From NCBI GenBank assembly GCA_964387845.1, contig CAYLXA010000003.1, forward strand, positions 160,001-224,000: a stretch of DNA of 64,000 bases. The letters run 5' to 3'. Positions within the stretch are counted from its first letter, which is position 1. Every line of letters starts with the position of its first letter. The stretch is from an uncultured bacterium. GTDB taxonomy: Bacteria; Omnitrophota; Omnitrophia; Omnitrophales; Abzuiibacteriaceae. Below the pieces are notes generated by a model. The model saw nothing but the letters and a program-made list of their open reading frames with translations, had not been told where the DNA came from and made no database searches. Shown here piece by piece: positions 1 through 9,132 of this stretch. Made by a program: the position numbers and the translations under genes.

Positions 1-369
1 GTGCAGAAAATCCTGTGTATTGTGGAAAGCCCGAAAGATGTGGCTTTGATTGAAAAAACAGGCGCTTTTCACGGGCTTTTTCATGTTTTATTCGGAACCT
101 TATCGCCGATCGACGGTGTCGGCCCCCAGGAGCTCCGGCTTGACCGGCTGCTCAAGCGAATTAAAACCACCGGGATCGAAGAAGTAATTTTAGCGACCAA
201 CCCCAACACGGAAGGCGATACCACCGCGCTTTACATGGCTGAGAATTTAAAAGGAACGAGCGTGAAAGTCACGCGAATCGCGCGCGGGGTTCCGGTCGGG
301 AGCCATCTGGATTATGTAGACCCGGCGACGCTAGAACAAGCAATGACGGGGCGGACCGTTTTAAGTTAA
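1..369 (+). CDS. recR: Recombination protein RecR, C-terminal part (Toprim domain); 5' end lies outside the window
   Basis: Translation matches the RecR Toprim/C-terminal region (…ESPKDVALIEKTGAFHG…ILATNPNTEGDTTA…GVPVGSHLDYVD…). The ORF runs from window position 1 with no upstream start. Confidence 0.85.
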   Translation: MQKILCIVESPKDVALIEKTGAFHGLFHVLFGTLSPIDGVGPQELRLDRLLKRIKTTGIEEVILATNPNTEGDTTALYMAENLKGTSVKVTRIARGVPVGSHLDYVDPATLEQAMTGRTVLS

Positions 370-436
370 TTTCGGATTGTGGGTTGCGAATATCGGATTA
401 TCTAATCCGCAATCCGAATTCCGAAATCCACAATAG
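370..436. promoter_or_regulatory. Compound palindrome built from AATCCG/CGGATT motifs between recR and the aldolase/SDR gene
   Basis: Perfect 7-bp stem cggatta-tc-taatccg at 394-409. It is flanked by further inverted copies: tcggattgtgg at 372-382 pairs with ccacaat at 429-435, and aatccg/attccg/aaatcc repeats sit at 411-431. No T-run follows. Confidence 0.35.
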
Positions 437-447
437 ATAGATATTCG

Positions 448-2514
448 ATGATCAAAAATCTTTGGAAGCAAAACCAAATGCAAAATAAGGATGCCCTCGA
501 TCAACTCGTGCTGCGTTCGCGATGGATCGGAAGCGACCCTAAGCTCTGTCTTTGGGGCGGCGGAAATACTTCGACCAAAACAACCGAAAAAAGCCCGTTT
601 GGCGGTGAAGTGAAGGTGTTGTGGGTCAAAGGTTCCGGTTCCGACATGAAATTCTCAGAGCGTAAACATTTTACGCCGCTCGATCTTCAGAAACTCATGT
701 CGCTTCTTTCCGTGGGTGACATGAGCGATCAAATGATGGTCGATTACGTAGCGCAGGCACAATTATCACCAAAAGCACCGCGAGCTTCGGTAGAAGCGCT
801 GCTCCACGCTTTTATTCCATATTCAGACATTGACCACAGCCATGCAGACGCGATTCTCTCAATCACCAACAATACGAACAATGCGCGGCTTATCAAAAAA
901 TTATACGGAGACGAAATGTTGTGGATTCCGTACGTAAAGCCGGGATTCAATTTATCAAAGCGCGTTTATGCGGCGTTTCAGAAAAACAAGCGCGCAAAGG
1001 GTGCCATTTTGGAAAAGCACGGCATCATCACATGGGGAAATTCGTCCAAACAGAGTTATGCGCGCATGGTTGAAATGGTGAGCCGGGCCGAGAAATTTAT
1101 CGAGAAAAAAGCAAAAGGCAAATCAAAGTCAATATTTGGCGGGAAGCGTTTCCGTGAATTAAAAGCAAATGAGCGCGAGAAATTTTTGTCGCAATCTCTT
1201 CCCATTATTCGAAGCGCGGTGAGTAAAAATAAAAGAATGATTTTAACGGTGAATAGCACACCGGGCGTTCTCGAGTTTGTAAATTCCAAAAAAGGCGCAC
1301 AGCTTTCACAAATTGGCTGCGCAACTCCGGATCATATGCTGCGCACAAAAGGAAAACCGCTTTTTCTAAAAATCAAAACAAGCGTGAATGATTTAACCGA
1401 AAATAGTATTCGGCGACAGATCGAAAGTTACGCAAAAGCGCATGAGCGTTATTACAAGAAATTCAAATCGCCCGGTATGCAGATGTTGGATCCTTATCCG
1501 CGTGTCATTTTGATCCCGCAAGTGGGCCTCATTGCTACAGGCAAAGACTTGGCGGCATCAAAAGAATGTTCCGAAATTTATGAGCACTCGATTTCTACCA
1601 TCCGCGGAGGAGAAGTAGTTGGAAAATATAAATCACTTCCGCTCCCGAAAATATTTGAAATGGAATATTGGCCTCTGGAACTTTACAAACTGTCTCTTGC
1701 GCCGCTGGAAGCCAGTTTGGCTAGGAAAGTTGCCATTGTGACGGGCGCTGTTGGCTCTATCGGCCGTTCGATTTCTGAAAAATTGACAAAAGAAGGTGCC
1801 CATGTAGTTCTCACCGATCTGGATACGGCAAAAGCGCAAAAAGCGGCGGATGAGATTAATCAAAAAACGAAATCAAAACGCGCGATAGGTATTAAACTTG
1901 ATGTAACCAGCGAGCAATCGGTCAAAGAAGCGCTACGGAAAACCGTTTTGTTATTTGGCGGGCTTGATTTAGTAGTTTCAAATGCCGGCATTGCGCATAT
2001 TTCATCGGTGGATCAGCTTTCACTTTCGGATTGGGAAAAGTCGCTTAAAGTCAATGCCACAGGACATTTTTTACTCGCGCGCGAAGCAGTCAAAATATTC
2101 AAGCAGCAAAAATTGGGTGGTAATTTAGTTTTTATTGCGACCAAAAATGTTATGGCGCCGGGGAAAGATTTTGGGGCTTACAGCGCGTCAAAATCGGCCG
2201 AAGCGCAGCTGGCGAAAATTCTGGCAATTGAAGGCGGAGAATTTAATATCCGGGCGAACATTGTAAATCCGGACGGCATTTTTGAAAATTCAGGGCTTTG
2301 GAATCAAAAAGTACGTGAAGAACGCGCCAAATCCTACGGAATTCCGGTCGGTAGGCTGGAGGATTTCTATAAAAACCGCAATTTAATGAAAATCCGGATT
2401 TTGCCGGAAGATGTCGCCAATTCCGTTTTCTTTCTCGCCTCGGATTTATCCGCCAAAACTACCGGATGCACGATCACAGTCGACGGCGGTGTCAAGGAAG
2501 CTTTCCCGCGTTAA
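448..2514 (+). CDS. Bifunctional class II aldolase / short-chain dehydrogenase (rhamnulose-1-phosphate aldolase / alcohol dehydrogenase, YuxG-like)
   Basis: 688 aa. N-terminal class II aldolase/adducin-like region with a GGGNTS motif. C-terminal SDR with a TGAVGSIGRS Rossmann motif and a YSASK catalytic motif. Confidence 0.75.
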   Translation: MIKNLWKQNQMQNKDALDQLVLRSRWIGSDPKLCLWGGGNTSTKTTEKSPFGGEVKVLWVKGSGSDMKFSERKHFTPLDLQKLMSLLSVGDMSDQMMVDYVAQAQLSPKAPRASVEALLHAFIPYSDIDHSHADAILSITNNTNNARLIKKLYGDEMLWIPYVKPGFNLSKRVYAAFQKNKRAKGAILEKHGIITWGNSSKQSYARMVEMVSRAEKFIEKKAKGKSKSIFGGKRFRELKANEREKFLSQSLPIIRSAVSKNKRMILTVNSTPGVLEFVNSKKGAQLSQIGCATPDHMLRTKGKPLFLKIKTSVNDLTENSIRRQIESYAKAHERYYKKFKSPGMQMLDPYPRVILIPQVGLIATGKDLAASKECSEIYEHSISTIRGGEVVGKYKSLPLPKIFEMEYWPLELYKLSLAPLEASLARKVAIVTGAVGSIGRSISEKLTKEGAHVVLTDLDTAKAQKAADEINQKTKSKRAIGIKLDVTSEQSVKEALRKTVLLFGGLDLVVSNAGIAHISSVDQLSLSDWEKSLKVNATGHFLLAREAVKIFKQQKLGGNLVFIATKNVMAPGKDFGAYSASKSAEAQLAKILAIEGGEFNIRANIVNPDGIFENSGLWNQKVREERAKSYGIPVGRLEDFYKNRNLMKIRILPEDVANSVFFLASDLSAKTTGCTITVDGGVKEAFPR

Positions 2515-2521
2515 TCTAACC

Positions 2522-4543
2522 TTATTCTTTTGCGGTCAATCCGTTTGTTTTGAGCCATTCCATGAAGGCCTGCTTGGCGGCAGGTGTTAAAATCACAGAC
2601 ACTTTATCTTTTGCTTCAAGCCGTGTATTTCCGTGCGGGACAATAACCATTCCGCGTTTTTTAATCGATGTGATGACAGTTCCTTGTGAAATGTGCAAGT
2701 CTTTGATCGTTTTTCCTGTAATGGATGAGCGCAGCGGAACATTAAATGTCATCGGCAAAATACCGGCCGGCAAAGATTGCTGTTCTTCAAGCCGGTCCAC
2801 TAAATCAGCGCGGTGCCCGGCTAAATCCGTATAAGCTTTAAAAACATGTTCTGATTTTAAAAGACCGACGACCTTTGAAGGATTTGCAGGGTCAACAACC
2901 GGGATTTGATTCATATTACGGCTCAGAAGAAGTTTTGCTGCTTCATTTAAAGGCTCGTTCGAGAAGCAATATTCCGGGATCGGATTCATCAAATCGTGTA
3001 CGATTACGGCATCTAAATTTTCTCCCAGAAGTGTCTTTTGAATTTCTTCAACTTTGATAATGCCCACCCAAGCGCCTTCCTGATTAACCACGAAATAATT
3101 TTCCTTTTTTGCCTTCGATAATCTTTCCATTAATTGTTTTCCCGTCATGGCAGACGGCACAATTTCAAAATCTGTTCCCATCGCATCTTGTACTCGAAGC
3201 GCACCTAAAAGGCGCACTTCTTCAATAGCATGAATGTTGATGCCGCTTCGTTTGAACTTAATCGTATCCATTGAATCGCGGCTTAAAAGCTGTGAGATGG
3301 AAGTTGCGGCAACAGACGCAATCATGAGAGGTAAAATAACATCGTAATTTCCGGTCATCTCAAATACAAGCAGAATGGCGGTTATAGGTGCATGGAAAGC
3401 GCCGGAAAACACGCTCACCATACCAACCAAAGCGTAAGCGCCGGGTGAACCTATTGAAAAGGGAATATGCGGCGCCAGGAATTTTTCGATACAACCACCC
3501 AACATGGCACCGACAAAGAGAGTGGGCGCAAATGTACCCCCCGAACTTCCGGAGCCCAGTGAGATGCAAGTCGCAAAAATTTTTAAAAAAACAAGAATCA
3601 GCAAAAGCCACACGCCGAGCTCTGCGCTGCCATGGAGCGCCATTTCAATTGTTTGGAAGCCCATTCCAAAAATCTGGGGGAAATAGATTCCCATAGATCC
3701 GATTAAAAAACCTCCCACCATCGGTTTAAACCACGGCGGAGACTTGAATTTTTCAAAGGAAGAATCAAATTTGTCCATCATGTAAACAAAAAAGATCGCA
3801 ACCAATGCTGAAACGCACCCAACACCCAAATATAAGAAAATTTCTAGAGGATTTTTCAAGGAATACGTCGGGACAACAAAAGCAGGAGATTGTCCCAGAA
3901 AAATATGACTGACAATAGAGGAGGCGACCGAAGCCACCACAACATTGCTGAGTGCTTTGGCCTCTAAATCCTTCAAAATGATTTCAAGCGCGAACATAAC
4001 ACCTGTGATCGGTGCATTAAATACGGCAGAAATGCCGGCCGCAGTACCACAGGCGATTAGATTTTTAGTCCGTGATTCACTTAATTTTAAAAACTTGCCT
4101 GCAAACGAACCAATACCCGCTCCCATTTGAACGGCGGGGCCTTCCCGGCCGGTTGATGCCCCTGAGCCCAGAGAAATCGCAGAGGTAATGCCTTTCATAA
4201 TGATGCCTCTTGTGCGCATGCGGCCTTTGTTAAGTGTAATTGCTTTTAAAACTTCAGGAACGCCGTTACCAGCCGCTTCCGGCGCAAATAGATAGATTAA
4301 AAGCCCCACAAGAAGTCCGCCAACAGCCGGAATCAGCAACACACGATAGCGGCCCAGATAAGATAAGTGAGTGCTGAGATTGTCAAAAAAAATATGCTCG
4401 CTTAAAGAAATGCCTTTAATGAAGAGAACAATGATCAGACCGGTGACGATACCGATGATGCCTGATAACAACATCGGAAGTGCAAGACGAGCTGTATTGA
4501 GGAAATTATTGAAATTACGCTTGAAGAACAACGCTGCCTTCAT
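2522..4543 (-). CDS. ClC family chloride channel / H+-Cl- antiporter with C-terminal CBS pair and TrkA-C domain
   Basis: GREGP selectivity motif, GSGASTGREGPAVQMGAG, and about 10 TM helices. The C-terminal region carries CBS-like and TrkA-C-like (…VILTPAA…) segments. Confidence 0.8.
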   Translation of the reverse strand: MKAALFFKRNFNNFLNTARLALPMLLSGIIGIVTGLIIVLFIKGISLSEHIFFDNLSTHLSYLGRYRVLLIPAVGGLLVGLLIYLFAPEAAGNGVPEVLKAITLNKGRMRTRGIIMKGITSAISLGSGASTGREGPAVQMGAGIGSFAGKFLKLSESRTKNLIACGTAAGISAVFNAPITGVMFALEIILKDLEAKALSNVVVASVASSIVSHIFLGQSPAFVVPTYSLKNPLEIFLYLGVGCVSALVAIFFVYMMDKFDSSFEKFKSPPWFKPMVGGFLIGSMGIYFPQIFGMGFQTIEMALHGSAELGVWLLLILVFLKIFATCISLGSGSSGGTFAPTLFVGAMLGGCIEKFLAPHIPFSIGSPGAYALVGMVSVFSGAFHAPITAILLVFEMTGNYDVILPLMIASVAATSISQLLSRDSMDTIKFKRSGINIHAIEEVRLLGALRVQDAMGTDFEIVPSAMTGKQLMERLSKAKKENYFVVNQEGAWVGIIKVEEIQKTLLGENLDAVIVHDLMNPIPEYCFSNEPLNEAAKLLLSRNMNQIPVVDPANPSKVVGLLKSEHVFKAYTDLAGHRADLVDRLEEQQSLPAGILPMTFNVPLRSSITGKTIKDLHISQGTVITSIKKRGMVIVPHGNTRLEAKDKVSVILTPAAKQAFMEWLKTNGLTAKE

Positions 4544-4618
4544 ACCTTGGTGATTATATCACCAACAAGACAGTCAACTCCAGTTAGGAATTTAAAACCT
4601 GCTAAAATCCAGATAAAA

Positions 4619-5104
4619 TTATTCGAGAAGACTTCTAAGCATCCAAGCTGTTTTTTCATGAATTTGCATCCGCTGGGTCAGCAAATCCATCGTAACTTGA
4701 TCGCTTGATTTTTCCGCAATTGGAAATATCGAACGCGCTGTTCGAATAACGGCTCCATGGCCTTCAACAAGTGAACGGATCATATCTTCCGCTTTCAGAT
4801 TGCTTTTTTCTTCCTTGATTGAACTCAAAGCAGAAAATTCGCTGTAACTTCCCGGCGCAAATTCATCCAATGCGCGAATGCGTTCAGCAATCAGGTCAAC
4901 CGCGGTCCATAATTCGTTGTAATGTTGTTCAAACATTAAATGCAGTGTTTGAAACATTGGGCCGGTAACGTTCCAGTGAAATTTGTGGGTTTTTAAGTAA
5001 AGAGTGTAAGTATCGGCTAGTAGTTTAGAAACGCCTTTTGCGATTTCTTTACGATTTGTCTCGGGAATTCCAATGTCGACAGGGATAGATGTTTGAGTAC
5101 TCAT
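4619..5104 (-). CDS. dps: Dps (DNA-binding ferritin-like protein)
   Basis: Ferritin-like Dps motifs ([23 protein letters not shown]…[11 protein letters not shown]). Start set at the internal ATG (MSTQTS), which is preceded by GGAGGA; the ORF-track start at 5149 lacks an RBS. Confidence 0.8.
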   Translation of the reverse strand: MSTQTSIPVDIGIPETNRKEIAKGVSKLLADTYTLYLKTHKFHWNVTGPMFQTLHLMFEQHYNELWTAVDLIAERIRALDEFAPGSYSEFSALSSIKEEKSNLKAEDMIRSLVEGHGAVIRTARSIFPIAEKSSDQVTMDLLTQRMQIHEKTAWMLRSLLE

Positions 5105-5162
5105 AACGGCTTCCTCCAAGTTAGAAACCCATTTTATCACTTTTAACACGGGTTTATAAGTA

Positions 5163-5197
5163 AAAAGCCGCGCTGAATTAAATCAGTGCGGCTTTTT
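5163..5197. terminator. Intrinsic terminator hairpin (bidirectional; A-run on the left, T-run on the right)
   Basis: aaaaa-gccgcgctga-attaaa-tcagtgcggc-ttttt, lying downstream of the minus-strand gene that ends at 5212. Confidence 0.5.
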
Positions 5198-5211
5198 AGG
5201 AGAAAATAAAA

Positions 5212-5772
5212 CTAACGCTTTTTTGCAGGGCCTTGAGCGGTCACTCTATCGGCTGGGCCGCGGGCGATTCGGTTTTCACGCCGGTCGGCACGGTTTTCAA
5301 CACGATCACGCCTGTCTTCGCGTTTATCCAAAAATTCCTTTCGGTTTTTGCGGATTTCATCACGTTTGGCCTGCCATTCCTCGCGGTGCTTCTTGGCATT
5401 TTCCAAACGTTCCTGCCGGGCTTCTTCGAACTTTTCTCTTAAATCCCGGCGGGCATCTTGAAATTCCTGACGGTTTTCGCGCATCTCGGAGACATTTTCT
5501 TGATGCGTTTCCCTTAATTGTTGGCGCAACTGTTGCGCCAATTCTTTGTTTCCCGATTTCAAAGCATCTTGGATTTGCTCACGAAGCGCCTTTTCTTCTT
5601 CCTTAGCCAAACGGGCACCTTCACGGATTTCTCCGCGCTGCTCTTTTAATGCCGAAGCGTAAGGCCGATCGCCCGGCTGAGCGTCGCCCTCTCGAGTTTC
5701 TTCTGCGATCGAAACACCATAAAACAAAAAACTAACCGCCAAAACAGGCAAAAACACTCTGAATAACTTCAT
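5212..5772 (-). CDS. Secreted, highly charged (E/R/K/Q-rich) coiled-coil protein of unknown function
   Basis: Start set at MKLFRVFLPVLAVSFLFYGV (signal peptide), preceded by GGAGGG. The remainder is low-complexity REQ/EK-rich heptad-like sequence. The longer ORF-track start would overlap pfkA. Confidence 0.55.
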   Translation of the reverse strand: MKLFRVFLPVLAVSFLFYGVSIAEETREGDAQPGDRPYASALKEQRGEIREGARLAKEEEKALREQIQDALKSGNKELAQQLRQQLRETHQENVSEMRENRQEFQDARRDLREKFEEARQERLENAKKHREEWQAKRDEIRKNRKEFLDKREDRRDRVENRADRRENRIARGPADRVTAQGPAKKR

Positions 5773-5849
5773 TGGTAAACCCTCCTCTGCGCCTTTAGCG
5801 CAATGAATTCGGTAATAAGACGAGTCCCGCTCAAAAAGGTTTAATGAGT

Positions 5850-6842
5850 TTAAGTAGCCAGTATCGGCAGAATTTTTAACAGGAAAGGATCTAGCTTCTT
5901 TTTCCTGGACCAAGTCTGTTTGAGCGGTGTCGTGACAAACAAATTTTTTACTTTCCCGACTGCGACTCCGGTTTTTCCTTTTAAAATTTGCGTGACGGCA
6001 AAAGCGCCGAGTTCCGTTGCAATTTTGCGGTCCATCGCGGTCGGAATACCGCCGCGCTGCAAATGCCCCAGGACGACAACGCGGTATTCATTGCCGCTTA
6101 GTTTCTTCAATTTTTCCGCGATTTGAAATGCACCGCCTTCTTTTTCGCCTTCTGCCACAATAATCAAGCTGCTGGTTTTTCCGGCTTGATTGGCTTCGGA
6201 AAGCTGTTTGGAGATTGTGCGAAGATTTGTCGTAGTCTCAGGCACCAAAACTTCCTCGGCACCTCCCGAAATCCCGACATCCAAAGCGATAAAACCGGCA
6301 TGCCGGCCCATCACTTCCACCAAAAACATGCGCTCATGCGATTCGGCCGTGTCCCTGATTTTATCGATGGCCTGGAGAGCGGTATTCACCGCCGTGTCGT
6401 AACCGATCGTAAAATCCGTTCCGTAAATGTCATTATCAATCGTTCCCGGCACCCCGATAATTTTTCCTGTCCATATTTTTGACAAATCATGGGCGCCGCG
6501 ATAAGTTCCGTTGCCGCCGATTGTAATGAGGCCGTCAATCCGGTTTCTTTCCAAAATTTCTTTTGCTTTGAGCTGGCCTTCTTTCGTTTCAAATTCCTTA
6601 CACCGGGAGGTTTTGAGAATCGTTCCGCCCCGTTGAATGATATTGGATACATCGCGCGGCCCAAACTCTTTGAAATCTTCCGACAAAAGGCCCTGATAAC
6701 CTCGGCGGATACCGAAAATTTTAAGGCCCGAAGCAGCAGCCACCCGGACAACCGCGCGGATTGCCGCGTTCATTCCGGGCGCATCACCGCCGCTTGTGAG
6801 AAGTGCGATTGTTTTTATTTTGCGAGTTTGTTTGGTTCTCAT
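5850..6842 (-). CDS. pfkA: ATP-dependent 6-phosphofructokinase
   Basis: N-terminus KIALLTSGGDAPGMNAAIRAVVR, GGDGS-like and PGTIDND motifs, 330 aa. Confidence 0.9.
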   Translation of the reverse strand: MRTKQTRKIKTIALLTSGGDAPGMNAAIRAVVRVAAASGLKIFGIRRGYQGLLSEDFKEFGPRDVSNIIQRGGTILKTSRCKEFETKEGQLKAKEILERNRIDGLITIGGNGTYRGAHDLSKIWTGKIIGVPGTIDNDIYGTDFTIGYDTAVNTALQAIDKIRDTAESHERMFLVEVMGRHAGFIALDVGISGGAEEVLVPETTTNLRTISKQLSEANQAGKTSSLIIVAEGEKEGGAFQIAEKLKKLSGNEYRVVVLGHLQRGGIPTAMDRKIATELGAFAVTQILKGKTGVAVGKVKNLFVTTPLKQTWSRKKKLDPFLLKILPILAT

Positions 6843-6843
6843 A

Positions 6844-7743
6844 TTAATAAGTAAATTCTATACCCGAAACAATGCGCGTATCGAGCTTTTTTGCGCTGCC
6901 CGGGTTGGAATTGTATTCGTTAATGAGGCTGAATTTCAGATTCAAATTGTCGGTAATCGGATTTTTCAGAGCCGTTTCCGCTTTCAGGCGGAATGAGCGC
7001 TCACCGCTCAACGAAGGATAAGCATAAACATCTTCCGAAATCGTCGATTTTCCGATCAAACGTTTTTCAAGATAAATGTGCGGCGTCAAAACAAATTCGC
7101 TTTCGTTTTTTTCGTCCGTTCGAAAGTTCGTAAAGGTCACGCCGGCGCCGGCTTCGGCCATGAATTTAAAATTATCCGAATCGCTGAACCAGTAGCCGAG
7201 TCCCGTGGACGGTGTGTAGCGCGAATCGATATTGGCAAACCGGTCGTGATCGCCCTCGCCCTTTGTAAAGTGAAACCACTTTTTCTCCTCTCCGAAGCTC
7301 CAGGCGTAGCGCACAAGCCCGGAATATTTTTGCGCGTTCATTTTGCGGTCGCGTTCCGAATAATAACCGTCCGCTTTAATGTCGAATTCGTTCACTTTTT
7401 CGACTTTCCGCTTAATTTCAATGGTTCCGGATAGTTCCGAAGTATTTGTATTGCCGCGCTGCCTCGAAAATCCGCCGAAAACTTTTCCGCTCCAAAGTTT
7501 TGGGTCTTCCGAAACGCTTTCCGGAACCGGTTGAGCCGCCACCGCGCCCTTAATTTCCGAAACCGCTTGTTTAGAAATCGTGAGCGTCCCCAAATGTTCT
7601 GTTGTGACAATATAGGAAGCAGCGTCGGTTTTGGCGATAGCCCCCGTAATTTTGTCTCCGTTTACGAGAAAAATCTCATCTGCCAGGACAGATTGTGCGT
7701 TGATAATGAGGAAAAATGTGGCCAAAGTAAAAAGCGTTTTCAT
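6844..7743 (-). CDS. Outer-membrane beta-barrel protein, DUF481 (YdiY-like) family
   Basis: Signal peptide MKTLFTLATFFLIINAQSVLA, and alternating beta-strand pattern ending in an aromatic C-terminal residue (…IEFTY). It sits 1 bp upstream of pfkA on the same strand. Confidence 0.55.
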   Translation of the reverse strand: MKTLFTLATFFLIINAQSVLADEIFLVNGDKITGAIAKTDAASYIVTTEHLGTLTISKQAVSEIKGAVAAQPVPESVSEDPKLWSGKVFGGFSRQRGNTNTSELSGTIEIKRKVEKVNEFDIKADGYYSERDRKMNAQKYSGLVRYAWSFGEEKKWFHFTKGEGDHDRFANIDSRYTPSTGLGYWFSDSDNFKFMAEAGAGVTFTNFRTDEKNESEFVLTPHIYLEKRLIGKSTISEDVYAYPSLSGERSFRLKAETALKNPITDNLNLKFSLINEYNSNPGSAKKLDTRIVSGIEFTY

Positions 7744-8093
7744 ATCAAACCTCCCGTTCGTTAAAGCATATTAGCTTTAAGGCTAGAAACCAATGCGCCC
7801 ATGTTGGTAAAGATAAGAATGCATAAAGCGCCATCGCGAGTAATAACATTGCCAAACGTGGCAGGCGATTTTCTGTAGGCAGTCACTTTAAATTTTACTA
7901 CCGTCCCGTTTTCTGTTCAATGATCTTATCGCTGAATAAAGACCGCTTGCGTATATTTTCATGGAATTTTAAAAAAAATTTTATAAATAAATTTAGAAAG
8001 TCCATTTTGCTCAGTTTTGACACGCTCGTTTAATTTTCTTGACGATATTTTTCTAGGATTTAGTCAAACAAAAACGAAAAAGAGAGGTAGCCC

Positions 8094-8291
8094 ATGTATG
8101 AAAAAGAATTAATGGTTTGCGGGTTGAGGCGGCAGCAAAATATTTTGGGTGAATTGATCAACGATCTTAGCGGAAAAAACAGGCTCAGCACCGCAGAATA
8201 TCGCCATTATGACCGGCAAACCAAACAAGTTGAGAAAAGTTTGAAGCAGCTCTTGACGCTTCGCAGCGAACTTCTTGCAGTTCAAAATTAA
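8094..8291 (+). CDS. Small helical protein, paralogue 1 of a tandem pair (unknown function)
   Basis: 65 aa, RBS agagagg upstream. Shares the pattern LI..L.G..R………Y………..L..L with the downstream ORF. Confidence 0.5.
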   Translation: MYEKELMVCGLRRQQNILGELINDLSGKNRLSTAEYRHYDRQTKQVEKSLKQLLTLRSELLAVQN

Positions 8292-8301
8292 AGGCCCTGA
8301 C

Positions 8302-8520
8302 ATGACAACACAGGAAATAGTTGTGGCCACACTGAAAGATCAGCAGGCGTTGCTTGAAAGCTTAATCACGCAGCTTGAGGGCAGGCCCCGATTTGATGAA
8401 GTAGATTGTCAAATGTACGAAGAAACTTTGAGAGAAATAAGCCAGAATTTAAGCCGGCTCAGAAAATTTCAGAAGCAGCAGTTAAAAACACACGAGAAAG
8501 CCCCTTTTCTTCCCCGCTAA
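8302..8520 (+). CDS. Small helical protein, paralogue 2 of a tandem pair (unknown function)
   Basis: 73 aa starting at MTTQE. Aligns to the upstream 65-aa ORF (QQxLLxSLIxQLxGRxRF….Y…..L..L). Confidence 0.5.
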   Translation: MTTQEIVVATLKDQQALLESLITQLEGRPRFDEVDCQMYEETLREISQNLSRLRKFQKQQLKTHEKAPFLPR

Positions 8521-8545
8521 TTCTTGCCACCCGGCTGGCCGCTTT

Positions 8546-9106
8546 TTATTTGTTTTTATTCCGGTCTATCCAATAAAGCAGGTTGTCTTCGACTTTGTAA
8601 AGCAGGGGGGCGACTTTGATTTTCGGGTAGCGCGCTGAGAGCCGGTCGGTTTCGCTCAAGATAAAATCAATCTCGTTTCCAATCTCGAACATGGGCGAAT
8701 AATGCATAAAATGGTCTTCCGCCATTTTCGTGTCCCAACCGGCACGTTTGGTGAGGCCTTCAATGAATTGGTTTTTTCGGCTGACCAGGTTGACCATCCC
8801 GCATTGCGTGTGGCCGATGAGTGCGATGTGTTCAATCCCGCCGACGGCAATGGCGTAAGAAACTTTGAACTCGCTGTAGCGTAAATTGGCGCCGCCTGCG
8901 CGGATTATAAATGCAAAATTATCCGGAATGTGCAGATGCTTGCGGTTGTCCATGCACATGCCGATCAAGAGCTTTGCTTGTTTGTATTCCTGATGCGGTT
9001 TTTCGGCGTTATGATAAAGAAGTAAATCGCCGATCGGTGTATTCCGGAATTCCTGGGGGATGTCTTCTTTTTTCTGAATTGATAAAAGCCTGTGCATGAC
9101 GCACAT
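8546..9106 (-). CDS. Beta-class carbonic anhydrase
   Basis: Zn-ligand motifs CMDNR (CxDxR) and HTQCGM (HxxCG). Alternative starts are possible at 9106 or 9097. Confidence 0.7.
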   Translation of the reverse strand: MCVMHRLLSIQKKEDIPQEFRNTPIGDLLLYHNAEKPHQEYKQAKLLIGMCMDNRKHLHIPDNFAFIIRAGGANLRYSEFKVSYAIAVGGIEHIALIGHTQCGMVNLVSRKNQFIEGLTKRAGWDTKMAEDHFMHYSPMFEIGNEIDFILSETDRLSARYPKIKVAPLLYKVEDNLLYWIDRNKNK

Positions 9107-9132
9107 TTTATCAATAACTCGGCGAACTGTCT

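Noticed and set aside
2550-4553. Several 60-100-aa plus-strand ORFs inside the ClC channel gene
   Set aside because: They are antisense to a long ORF with strong family motifs (GREGP, CBS); they lack RBSs and have odd composition.
4549-4563. Palindrome ggtgata-t-atcacc just upstream of the ClC gene start
   Set aside because: It is short (7-bp arms) and single. It could be an operator or simply chance in AT-rich spacer; there is no supporting repeat elsewhere in the window.
5223-5606. 127-aa plus-strand ORF opposite the charged coiled-coil gene
   Set aside because: The low-complexity GA-rich repeats of the minus-strand gene generate open antisense frames. The minus-strand gene has the signal peptide, RBS and terminator.
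7744-8093. Possible sigma-54 (TGGCAG-N5-TTTCT) or sigma-28 promoter in the long leader upstream of the small paralogue pair
   Set aside because: The -12 element does not match TTGC, and no GCCGATAA-type -10 element was found; too weak to call.
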